From the IMG/VR virus record IMGVR_UViG_3300012988_000016, positions 62,001 through 126,000 of that record: a stretch of 64,000 nucleotides of DNA; one strand, 5' to 3'. Positions within the stretch are counted from its first letter, which is position 1, and every line of letters starts with the position of its first letter. The notes beneath the pieces are model-generated. The model was not told the DNA's origin. It did not search any database and saw nothing but the letters and a program-made list of their open reading frames with translations. Made by a program: the position numbers and the translations under genes. Below are positions 39,398 through 47,779 of the stretch, piece after piece.

Positions 39398-42197
39398 AGA
39401 CATAGATTTCGACGATATTGAGAGTTCACTGGGTAGTGTCCCCCAGGTAGCATTGACTGCAAAAAACACTAAAACGACCGTCATTGAGGGAGATGACCTG
39501 GAGTTCTTTGCTGAGAATTCCGGCATCAAATCCGATGATGTGGCGGCCTCCGAAGACTTGACCAAGCCGTGGATGAAATTCCACCAGTTCGTGCTGGTCA
39601 AGACCCCTGAGCAGGTGACCGAAATAGTTAATCAGATGCTAGCCCATGGCAGAGGCAGCATCGATCTTGAGACTGAGGGGTTGGACAACCGTATCTACTA
39701 CGATGAGGCAGATAAGCCCTACACGGTCCACAAGATCGTCGGTTTCTGTCTAGGTTACAGAGGGATTGGGCATTACATCCCTGTTCGACACAACTTCAAG
39801 ACCATCTATGGGGAGACAGACCCCAATGTCAATGTCGAGCATGTGGAGGCCGAAATACGTCGCCTGTGCCAAGCTAGTCAGCCGGTCCTGACTGAGGAGG
39901 GCTTGGCCGAGGATGCCTTGTCGTCCAACAAAATGGCAACACCCCCTAGGATTGTCTTGTATTTCTGGAACTCTAAGTTCGATCAAGAGTTCCTATTCCC
40001 GATCACTGGGATCGATTGGTGGCACCCAAATTCGTTCAAAGATGGGATGCTGGCTGCCTACACCGTCTATTCAGACGACGTGTTGAGCTTGAAAGAGAAG
40101 GCTTTCGAAAGGCTTTCGATCGAAGATCCAGAGCATAAGACGGACGGTAAACCCACCCTCCATCGTTATGAGATGATCAAGTTCAAGGAGCTGTTTCCCA
40201 AGGGCACGCCTAACAAGGAGATGCGGTTCGCAGATCTGTATCCGGAAGAGGGAAGCGCGGTTGTCAAGTACGCTTGCTCGGATGCGATCTGCACCGAGGC
40301 CTTGTGTGAGACCAAGCCTGATTGGCTGCTGGCTAGACCAGACCTGAAGGTGCACTTTCAGGAAGTGGAGTCCGCCACTGAGGATAAGAAATACGCTTTC
40401 ACCTACCGGCTAGAGAAGCAGACCACTCAAGCTGGTAGGGTGATGGAACGCCCGAGGGTGAAGATCGACAAGAAGAAGATCGTCGATCTGCTCAAACGTG
40501 CTGAAGAGGAACGGGAGAAGTACGACAACCTTATCCGAGCGATGGCGGAGAAACGGGGGTTTAAAGACTTCAATACAGGCTCTACCAAGCAACTGTCAGA
40601 CTTCCTCTTCTCTGCTGACGGTCTAAACATTAGCCCCAAGCCAGAGATGAATGCTGCCAGTGGTCAGTACAAGACCGATGCGGCCACTCTTGAGAAGATG
40701 CTGGAAGCCGACGATGCTCCAGAGGTGTTGGTCTGGATCGTGAAGTATCGCCAAATAGACAAAATCATCGGTACCTACCTGGCCAGCATGGCGGCCAATT
40801 GTGATGCCAATGACGAGCTCAGGTTCGGTTTCAATCAGACTGGGGCTGCTACTGGACGCTTCACCGCATCCGCGGGTCAGCCTGAGCAAGGTTACTCAGG
40901 CATTCCGATCCACGGCATTCCTGCTAGGAGCGACCCGAAGAAGCCTGAGGTGGCCCACTCACTCCGTCAGGCTTTCGTAGCACGGCCTGGATACACGATA
41001 GTGAAGGTCGACTACGCCGGCCAAGAGTTGCGGGTGGTTACCAACATCTCTGGGGAGAAGGTGTGGGTTGAAGAATTCATCCATGGGTCAGGAGATTTGC
41101 ACACCATCACCGCCAAGGCTTTCTTCGGACAACACATCACCAAGGAAGACAAGATTGAACGAGCGGCCGGCAAAGTGGCCAATTTTGCCCTGATTTACGG
41201 GGGTGGCCCGTCGGCCATCATGCGTGCAACCAAGTGCGATAAGGTGGAAGCGGCTCGTAGGAAGGCCAACTTCGACAAGTCGGTACCTACCTTTGCTGGA
41301 TGGGTCAAGAATCAGCACCAGTTGGTGAAGAAGACCAAAGGGGTGACGACCGCCTTTGGCCGTTTCATCGCCATTCCAGACGCTGCCGTGAAGACTGGGG
41401 ACTTGGACCCCAAAGGAGTGCCCTACACGGAGCAAGACGCTAGGAAGATTGCCGCCGCCTGTGAGCGAAAATCAACCAACTTCCCTATCCAAGGGTCGGG
41501 CGCCGACATCATGAAGATCAGCATGGTCAAGTTGGTGAAGGAATTTACCAAGTACGGCTGGTTGCGTAATGGTGGGGACGATAGCGTCCGGATGCTGATG
41601 ACAGTGCACGATGAAATTGTGTTCGAGATTCGTCATGACCGGCTCACTCAGGCAGTCCCAATCATCATCGAAATAATGGAATTCCCCAGCCGGATGGTCA
41701 GGTGGCAGGTTCCGTTGATTGTGGAACCGTTGATCAGCCAGACTTGGGAAGCCAAGATTGATTGGCATGAGGTTCAAAACGGCAAGAAACCGGTTCCTGA
41801 TTGGTTGGAAGGGATATTGGTCCCAGGGCAGCATCAATCGCCTGAGATGGTCCCTCACAAGACCTCTCAACCTGAGCAGGGGGGCCAATCTTCCAAGCCC
41901 TCCCCCCTTCAAGAATCTGGGCCTCACAACCCTACGAAAGGCACCCTTCCGGTCTACATCTTCGCCTTGAGCGACGCATTCCTTACCCGCCGATCGGTAG
42001 ACCTGGTGTTTGAAGCGGTTGCAGCCTCAATAGAACCGGACAGCAGGGTGTTCCTTTGCCTAAAAGATGCGTCAGATAACGTCTTGATTGACCCAACCAA
42101 GCGGAAAATACCAATCAATCCAAAGACATTCTCGATGAAGCTCAAGGACAAGAACTTGGGGTCTGGGGATTACCTGTACAAGGAAGAGCCCTTATAA
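39390..42197 (+). CDS. polA: family A DNA polymerase with 3'-5' exonuclease domain and C-terminal extension
   Basis: Exo motifs IDLETEG, WNSKFD, YACSDA; ATGRFT; motif A VDYAGQELR; motif B KVANFALIYG (Phe at the E. coli 762-equivalent position); motif C TVHDE. Confidence 0.95.
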   Translation: MSEDIDFDDIESSLGSVPQVALTAKNTKTTVIEGDDLEFFAENSGIKSDDVAASEDLTKPWMKFHQFVLVKTPEQVTEIVNQMLAHGRGSIDLETEGLDNRIYYDEADKPYTVHKIVGFCLGYRGIGHYIPVRHNFKTIYGETDPNVNVEHVEAEIRRLCQASQPVLTEEGLAEDALSSNKMATPPRIVLYFWNSKFDQEFLFPITGIDWWHPNSFKDGMLAAYTVYSDDVLSLKEKAFERLSIEDPEHKTDGKPTLHRYEMIKFKELFPKGTPNKEMRFADLYPEEGSAVVKYACSDAICTEALCETKPDWLLARPDLKVHFQEVESATEDKKYAFTYRLEKQTTQAGRVMERPRVKIDKKKIVDLLKRAEEEREKYDNLIRAMAEKRGFKDFNTGSTKQLSDFLFSADGLNISPKPEMNAASGQYKTDAATLEKMLEADDAPEVLVWIVKYRQIDKIIGTYLASMAANCDANDELRFGFNQTGAATGRFTASAGQPEQGYSGIPIHGIPARSDPKKPEVAHSLRQAFVARPGYTIVKVDYAGQELRVVTNISGEKVWVEEFIHGSGDLHTITAKAFFGQHITKEDKIERAAGKVANFALIYGGGPSAIMRATKCDKVEAARRKANFDKSVPTFAGWVKNQHQLVKKTKGVTTAFGRFIAIPDAAVKTGDLDPKGVPYTEQDARKIAAACERKSTNFPIQGSGADIMKISMVKLVKEFTKYGWLRNGGDDSVRMLMTVHDEIVFEIRHDRLTQAVPIIIEIMEFPSRMVRWQVPLIVEPLISQTWEAKIDWHEVQNGKKPVPDWLEGILVPGQHQSPEMVPHKTSQPEQGGQSSKPSPLQESGPHNPTKGTLPVYIFALSDAFLTRRSVDLVFEAVAASIEPDSRVFLCLKDASDNVLIDPTKRKIPINPKTFSMKLKDKNLGSGDYLYKEEPL

Positions 42198-42214
42198 AAT
42201 AGCTCTAGAGAGCC

Positions 42215-42796
42215 ATGAAACGTCGAGACGTCCTCCAAGAATGTGTTCTTGAGCAGTTGATTCCTGCTCAAGAGGTATTGTCCAATTGGTGTCATCGTTG
42301 CATAAATCCTGAATGCACACGAAGCCAACACGGGACAACCAAGTTTGATGACCGAGTCCTTCATTGGGAGGAGCGTCTTTTCCTAAATCCAGCTAAACTG
42401 GAACCTTCCGATCCTCGTTATCAAGAGATAGCTTCCAAGCGATTTCTGACGGTTGTCCCTGGCACTCCTAGCGCTCCTGGTGAGTGGTTAGACCCCAGGG
42501 TAGATCGTCCGGAACCGAAGATGGTACAGGTTCCAGTTCAGCTCACCCCGCCTGCTTTCGCGCCTCAGGCGGCACTCCCTCAAGAGGTGGCACCTACCCC
42601 TACCCCTACCCCTCAAATACCCAGCAATCCGTCTGTTGTTCGAAATACTCCCGCCAGGCCTCAACAAATGATCGGGGAAGCCCCCCAAACGATGCCCTCC
42701 TCGGTGTCTGATCCTTGGGCACAGAAGTCCGTCCCAGCCAGCCCGGGAGACCAGGTGGTCAAGCCTGGTGTCAAGATCAAACTTGGCGGACAATGA
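42215..42796 (+). CDS. hypothetical protein, Cys motif plus Pro-rich tail
   Basis: 193 aa; WCHRCINPEC; preceded by TAAAAT at 42195-42200. Confidence 0.7.
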   Translation: MKRRDVLQECVLEQLIPAQEVLSNWCHRCINPECTRSQHGTTKFDDRVLHWEERLFLNPAKLEPSDPRYQEIASKRFLTVVPGTPSAPGEWLDPRVDRPEPKMVQVPVQLTPPAFAPQAALPQEVAPTPTPTPQIPSNPSVVRNTPARPQQMIGEAPQTMPSSVSDPWAQKSVPASPGDQVVKPGVKIKLGGQ

Positions 42797-42805
42797 ATCC
42801 GCAGC

Positions 42806-42816
42806 TATAATAGGAG
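42806..42816 (+). promoter_or_regulatory. TATAAT -10-like box abutting AGGAG RBS
   Basis: TATAAT at 42806-42811, AGGAG at 42812-42816, ATG at 42822. Confidence 0.5.
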
Positions 42817-42821
42817 CCATC

Positions 42822-42989
42822 ATGAAATTCGAAGTTTTGATTCACTTGGACGGTCGTCGTGAGCATGTTGTGACAGAGCGTGCTGAGGGCGAGAATTGCG
42901 ATAGGATTTTCCAGTACAACGCGGGGACGATGGTCTCTGACGAGCGTACCGGTCCCGATTGCGACACGGTCCAAGAAATCACCACCTGA
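42822..42989 (+). CDS. DUF2997-like small protein (55 aa)
   Basis: MKFEVLIHLDGRREHVVTERAEGENC...: the I..DG.V...V....G..C pattern of DUF2997; upstream of DUF1257-like and Ycf46-like genes. Confidence 0.7.
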   Translation: MKFEVLIHLDGRREHVVTERAEGENCDRIFQYNAGTMVSDERTGPDCDTVQEITT

Positions 42990-43023
42990 TCAGTCAAGAA
43001 ATTCACAAGGAAAGGATACCTAC

Positions 43024-43356
43024 ATGTCTCACAAGGTGACGTTTACGTCGACATTCACAAATCCGGATTTGGTCGCTTCTGCCCTGACCCTCTCCAAGTA
43101 CTCCTTCGATCGCAATGGGAACAATTTCCGCATCACAAGCGGTCCGTTCAGCAATGCTACGATCGATGCTGATACGGGAACCATCACGGGCGATTCGGAC
43201 TACAAGAATCACAAGTCCGAAGCCTTCGCTGCCTTCCGTCAAACGTACAGCGAAGCTGAATTCGTCACCAAGGCGAAGCAGACGGGCGTCGACATCGAGA
43301 GTCGTGAGGTGCTCAAGAATGGCACCATTCGCCTCCGTTGCGCTACGTTGGGCTGA
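43024..43356 (+). CDS. DUF1257 / Ycf35-like protein (110 aa)
   Basis: Starts MSH.VTF.S.F.N.DL...AL; ITGDSDY...FRQTYSEAEFVTKAKQTG..IES.E.LKNGTIRL fits the DUF1257 pattern; AAGGA RBS. Confidence 0.75.
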   Translation: MSHKVTFTSTFTNPDLVASALTLSKYSFDRNGNNFRITSGPFSNATIDADTGTITGDSDYKNHKSEAFAAFRQTYSEAEFVTKAKQTGVDIESREVLKNGTIRLRCATLG

Positions 43357-43379
43357 TCTGAGTTAGCCCAGGCACTTGC

Positions 43380-43415
43380 AAACGGGCTCTATCCTTTGAG
43401 GATGGGGCCCGTTTT
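43380..43415 (+). terminator. intrinsic terminator
   Basis: 15-bp stem AAACGGGCTCTATCC / GGATGGGGCCCGTTT (two G-U pairs) running into a T tract after the DUF1257-like gene. Confidence 0.8.
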
Positions 43416-43426
43416 GCTTCCATCTT

Positions 43427-43432
43427 GGTGTA
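43427..43432 (+). promoter_or_regulatory. GGTGTA motif upstream of the AAA ATPase gene
   Basis: 12 nt before ATG 43445, directly after the terminator. Confidence 0.6.
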
Positions 43433-43444
43433 GAGGATAGAATC

Positions 43445-45010
43445 ATGAACGAAGACCTGAAGTTCCATCTGCGATCAATCACTCGATTCATCTACTTCGT
43501 CACTGACGAAGAAGACCTCTTCATCGAAGACATGAAGAAATCGCTTGAAGACCTCAAACAGCAGACTTTCGTCTACAACAGTGCCTTTGGGTTGCAGCCG
43601 ATCAAGAATGTGACGGACGATTGGAGGCTCAGAAGCCATAATACGGACGATAAGACCGAGAACATTCAGGCGGCACTGACGAAGATCTATACTGATGATC
43701 CGATGCAGTTCCGTAACTTCTACATCATCACCGATCCAGATCGTTGGTTGAAAGAGGAGTATCTGGTCCGCCGATTCCTCAACATCGCCCACCAGCTGAC
43801 CAGTGATGACAAGAACATCAAGATCCTGATTTTCGTTGGACCCCGACTGGTGATCCCTCAGAAGCTTCGCCGATACATTGAAGTGGTGCACGACAAGGGG
43901 ATGGCTGAAGAGCAGACGACAGAGATCCTGCAGAACATCTGCACACATTTGGAAATGCCTTTGCCAGATGTACGCCCTTTCAAAGGGCTGACCAGGTACG
44001 AGATCGATGCTGCGGTGGCGCAAAGCGTGATCAAGAATCGAGTCAAAGACCCAACCAAGAAGGTCGTTTTTTCCAAGGACATTTTGGATTACAAGCGACG
44101 TCAACTTAAGAAGACAGATCTGCTAGAATACCAGGATACGACGGGATTCACGTTCGATGCTTTGGGGGGTGCGGATCGCTTCAAAGCTTGGGCCATGGAG
44201 ACCAAAGACGCTTGGACTGAAGAAGGGCAGGCGTTCGGACTTACTCCGCCGAGAGGTGTCCTGTTGGCTGGCATCTGGGGATGTGGCAAATCCCTTGCCG
44301 TCAAGGCATTGGCCAACGCCTGGGGTTTGCAGGTTGTTCGTTTGGAACTGGGCAAACTTCGTAGCAGCGGCGTGGGCGATTCAGAAGCCAATGTCTACAA
44401 GGCGTTGCATTTGATCGAAGCGGTCGCCCCCTGTGTGGTGATGATCGATGAAGCTGAGAAGTCTCTCTCTGGAGCAGCCTCATCGGCTCAAACTGATTCA
44501 GGAACCACTAGCCGCATGTTGGCTAGCCTGTCGACTTGGATTCAAGAAACCAATGCGCCAGTATGCCTGGCATTGACGGCCAATACCCTCAATGGTTTGC
44601 CGACCGAGATCATCAATCGTATGGACGAACGCTTCTTCTTCGATCTGCCAACTGAAGATGAGCGAATGGATATTCTCAAGATCCATCTGCGAAAGACCAA
44701 GCAAGACCTGAAGCGATTCAACTTCGCCATCCTGGCTGAGGCGGCCAACAACCTGGTTGGTCGAGAGATCGAACAAGCCATCAGAGCTGCTATGCGGCGT
44801 TCGTACAACCTCCAGAAGGAAAGCCTGGATCCGGAAGTCTTGTTGGATCAGTTGAAGACCAAACCTCGTTTGCTCAGGACAATGGGGGATGCGGTCAAGG
44901 AATTGCTCGATTGGGTTGGCTTCGATCCTGAGGTTGGGGAAGGCGTGCGGGCCAAGTTCGCCTCTTCTGACAGGGTTAAGATGTTTTCAGGTCGTGTCAA
45001 AAATGACTGA
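43445..45010 (+). CDS. Ycf46-like AAA+ ATPase
   Basis: Degenerate N-terminal AAA-like domain; PRGVLLAGIWGCGKS; APCVVMIDEAEK; DSGTTSRML; TAN..LP.E...MDERFFFDLP; LVGREIEQA. Confidence 0.88.
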   Translation: MNEDLKFHLRSITRFIYFVTDEEDLFIEDMKKSLEDLKQQTFVYNSAFGLQPIKNVTDDWRLRSHNTDDKTENIQAALTKIYTDDPMQFRNFYIITDPDRWLKEEYLVRRFLNIAHQLTSDDKNIKILIFVGPRLVIPQKLRRYIEVVHDKGMAEEQTTEILQNICTHLEMPLPDVRPFKGLTRYEIDAAVAQSVIKNRVKDPTKKVVFSKDILDYKRRQLKKTDLLEYQDTTGFTFDALGGADRFKAWAMETKDAWTEEGQAFGLTPPRGVLLAGIWGCGKSLAVKALANAWGLQVVRLELGKLRSSGVGDSEANVYKALHLIEAVAPCVVMIDEAEKSLSGAASSAQTDSGTTSRMLASLSTWIQETNAPVCLALTANTLNGLPTEIINRMDERFFFDLPTEDERMDILKIHLRKTKQDLKRFNFAILAEAANNLVGREIEQAIRAAMRRSYNLQKESLDPEVLLDQLKTKPRLLRTMGDAVKELLDWVGFDPEVGEGVRAKFASSDRVKMFSGRVKND

Positions 45011-46172
45011 TGATCTGGCAAAGGTCGAATATGGGGGTCTGGTACAAAGACTGGACCCCCAGGTTCTCACCAAAGCAAATCCTGAACCGGTAGACTTGCT
45101 CCAAGCAAGAGCCGATATTCAGAGAGATGCCCCTTTACAACAGATCTTCAGAGACTCTGTCACTGAGCAGTGGCCAGAGGGGCGGCTGGAATCAGAAGTG
45201 ACGTCTGCCCTCAAGAAGCTTTGGCCCTCAGGAGACCCAACCGAAGCAGCTCAATATCTGGCGGACGAATATCGTCAGTTGGGTGAGGGTCTGCACCTCA
45301 TTTCCACTGAGACGGGAAAGGTTCTGATAGCCTTCAAAGAGGAAGATCTGTACCAACCTTCTATGGTGCCTCGTACAGATGGGACGATGGCTACCCCTTT
45401 GCCAAAGATTCGCCCTGACTTGATGTCCGCGTTGGTGACCTGGCAGCATGAGCGGGCTAGCGAAAAGGTTGTCCTGAGGCAATTGGCCGAAAAAGGGTGT
45501 CAGACCGAGCTGTTGCGGGAGCTGGGCGATCCCAGGCTTCTGGTGGCCTCCAGGGCAGGCCGGAAGCACATCGTCAAGTCCTTGGCTGAGCTGGCTCCAA
45601 GAAGCCTCCTAGAAGCGGCTGGTGGCTCATCCGCCGCTTTCCTGAAGTTGTTCACCCTGGTGGACCAACCTTTCTCGGAAAGTCCTGTCGGATATACGTA
45701 CATCAGAGGTTCCGCCCAAGCTACATCGGTACAGTCGATTGCCGATCTGTCTACCACCAACCTACGGCACAACCGTGTTCAGGCTCTACAAGGGGCGATC
45801 ACCCAAGGTTGGATCCGAGAGATGGCCAGGCAGTTGTCCGATTTCTCTGGTTGGATGGCGCCCGAAGAAGTGACGCTTGATGACCTGGTGTCGCTGCCAG
45901 CCAGCTTTTGGATCCTACCTCCTGATTTGGTCCGGCCATTCCGAAGCCTAGATTCCAAGATTATCGTCTTGGTGGCAGAGAACGCTCGGCCGATGGGACT
46001 GACGGGCCATTTGGGTTACCTCTATGTTCCTGAAATGTTTCAGGCCAAAGACAGGGAATTCTTTAGCCGCTGGGAATCGGTAGCTAGATTGGAATTTGAG
46101 ATGTGGGTCAAGGAAGACGCCCTCAGACCACTGAACGTGACAGGAATGTCCCATGAGGCACATTTGGTCTGA
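45003..46172 (+). CDS. hypothetical protein (389 aa), possibly capsid-fold derived
   Basis: ATG overlaps the end of the ATPase gene; the C-terminal half weakly resembles HK97-type capsid proteins (unverified). Confidence 0.6.
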   Translation: MTDDLAKVEYGGLVQRLDPQVLTKANPEPVDLLQARADIQRDAPLQQIFRDSVTEQWPEGRLESEVTSALKKLWPSGDPTEAAQYLADEYRQLGEGLHLISTETGKVLIAFKEEDLYQPSMVPRTDGTMATPLPKIRPDLMSALVTWQHERASEKVVLRQLAEKGCQTELLRELGDPRLLVASRAGRKHIVKSLAELAPRSLLEAAGGSSAAFLKLFTLVDQPFSESPVGYTYIRGSAQATSVQSIADLSTTNLRHNRVQALQGAITQGWIREMARQLSDFSGWMAPEEVTLDDLVSLPASFWILPPDLVRPFRSLDSKIIVLVAENARPMGLTGHLGYLYVPEMFQAKDREFFSRWESVARLEFEMWVKEDALRPLNVTGMSHEAHLV

Positions 46173-46474
46173 TGGGCCTTTATCGAAGGATGTACGGTTC
46201 GACCATTGAGCCGGTCTTCTTGTCAAAATGTCAATTTCATGGGTCTGAGGTAAGGGATGCCCTCATCAATTTGGCCAAGGGCTCTTACTTTGTCGACGAT
46301 CAGGCAGAGAAGTTGATTCGAGAGTGGGTGGAAGAAGGCGTGGTGCAAACCCTGCAGAAAGCCCCCACTCACTCTCAAGCGGCTTTTATTGGGCTTCAGT
46401 ACTCAAACAAGACCTACAAGGAGGCTGTTTGGGGACCTGGGATAATTGAGCACTATTGGTATAAAGTCCTTTGA
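46172..46474 (+). CDS. hypothetical protein
   Basis: 100 aa; TGATG coupling. Confidence 0.65.
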   Translation: MGLYRRMYGSTIEPVFLSKCQFHGSEVRDALINLAKGSYFVDDQAEKLIREWVEEGVVQTLQKAPTHSQAAFIGLQYSNKTYKEAVWGPGIIEHYWYKVL

Positions 46475-46734
46475 TTGAACCGATAAGGGTGATGGCCCTT
46501 TACAGTTTGATTGTCGTGGCTCAGCGGCCTAGCGGTTTGATGGACCCCATGGTGATGCTCGACAAGGGGATGAACGTCTTCACAGCCGAGATAGCCGACT
46601 TGGACGAGTTTTTGAAACAACTCAAAGACGAAGGGGTGGAGGTTAAGACTGTCAACCGGCTCGACGATTTTGAAGCTACTGATGCTTCGGATCTTTTGCT
46701 AGGTGAGGGCTTTGATGGCGAAATCGAAATATGA
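46471..46734 (+). CDS. hypothetical acidic protein
   Basis: 87 aa; TTGA overlap. Confidence 0.6.
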   Translation: MIEPIRVMALYSLIVVAQRPSGLMDPMVMLDKGMNVFTAEIADLDEFLKQLKDEGVEVKTVNRLDDFEATDASDLLLGEGFDGEIEI

Positions 46735-46966
46735 GTCATACCCGCCCCCTCCTGGGCCAAAGATTACCAAGGAGGACGCCAAAGCAGAAATACTCAAACT
46801 CTTCGGGAGGAGCGTCCGCCCTCTGTTGATCGGTACTGCGGCCATCCATCTGGGTAGCATTTGGTCTATCGATAAGACCGAGGCTCTGTTTCAAGAGCTT
46901 GTTGAAGAAGGAGCTATCCAGCAATCATCAGACGGAGAACTCTCGTTTGTACGGGTAAAGCCGTGA
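46715..46966 (+). CDS. small possible winged-helix protein
   Basis: AKAEILKLF...TAAIHLG...TEALFQELVEEGAIQ; start uncertain. Confidence 0.5.
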   Translation: MAKSKYESYPPPPGPKITKEDAKAEILKLFGRSVRPLLIGTAAIHLGSIWSIDKTEALFQELVEEGAIQQSSDGELSFVRVKP

Positions 46967-47130
46967 ATGACGATGACTTCAAATCAGAACCCCCTACCGA
47001 ACCTTTCAGTATGCAGTACAGAGCTGCTAGACTGATCAAGTGGTGGGCTGCCTGTACACCCGACAGTCAGAAAATAATCGAACGTATGGCTGCCAGATTG
47101 GCTAGCTTGGTCAAGCCAGACCTCAAGTGA
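46963..47130 (+). CDS. small hypothetical protein (55 aa, below the track cutoff)
   Basis: GTGA overlap; MNDDDFKSEPPTEPFSMQYRAARLIKWWAACTPDSQKIIERMAARLASLVKPDLK; exactly fills the gap. Confidence 0.6.
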   Translation: MNDDDFKSEPPTEPFSMQYRAARLIKWWAACTPDSQKIIERMAARLASLVKPDLK

Positions 47131-47131
47131 T

Positions 47132-47137
47132 GGTGTA
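47132..47137 (+). promoter_or_regulatory. GGTGTA(ATGT) motif upstream of the macrodomain gene
   Basis: 13 nt before ATG 47151. Confidence 0.6.
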
Positions 47138-47150
47138 ATGTGACGGCATC

Positions 47151-47639
47151 ATGCCGATCACATATCTGGAAGGCGATGCCACCTGCCCACAAATAGATGG
47201 CCCTAAGATTATTGCACACGTCGTCAACAGCAGTGGCGGTTGGGGCCGCGGTTTCGTCTTAGCGGTCTCCGACAGATGGTTGGGCCCTGAGCAACGGTAC
47301 CGCAAATGGTATGCCAGCAAGAAGAATTTCAAGTTAGGCGCCGTTCAGACCCTCCAAGTTGAGCCAGACATTTGGGTCTGCAACATGTTGGCTCAAGAGG
47401 GGTATCTGACTACCAAGAAACATGGGCCGCCGCTACGGCTGCCCCGCCTCAAAGAATGTTTGGACCTGTTGAAGGAAGCTGCCATTGAGAGGCATGCTTC
47501 CGTCCATATGCCTCGTATAGGATGCGGATTAGGTGGCTCTGATTGGGATGTGGTCGGCCTGATGGTCGAACAATCTTTGGGTGAAGTGCCGGTCTATGTG
47601 TACGATCTTTATCCTCAATCTGTAGTTCGCCAAACCTGA
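47151..47639 (+). CDS. macrodomain protein (ADP-ribose binding/hydrolase, TARG1/DarG-like class)
   Basis: ITYLEGDAT; IIAHVVNSSGGWGRGF; VHMPRIGCGLGG. Confidence 0.9.
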   Translation: MPITYLEGDATCPQIDGPKIIAHVVNSSGGWGRGFVLAVSDRWLGPEQRYRKWYASKKNFKLGAVQTLQVEPDIWVCNMLAQEGYLTTKKHGPPLRLPRLKECLDLLKEAAIERHASVHMPRIGCGLGGSDWDVVGLMVEQSLGEVPVYVYDLYPQSVVRQT

Positions 47640-47680
47640 CATAGATTGTCCTAGCTGAGGTTGACTCAGATGTGCCGCAC

Positions 47681-47686
47681 GGTGTA
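47681..47686 (+). promoter_or_regulatory. GGTGTA(AGAT) motif upstream of the vWA gene
   Basis: 9 nt before an in-frame ATG at 47696; the SD-led start is at 47780. Confidence 0.6.
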
Positions 47687-47779
47687 AGATGGGGCATGTA
47701 TGATGACGGCACTCCCTTTTGCGCTACCTGTCACTTGGTAGTCGTTGCCTGTTTGTGTGGTCATCCAAAGGAGAATTCA

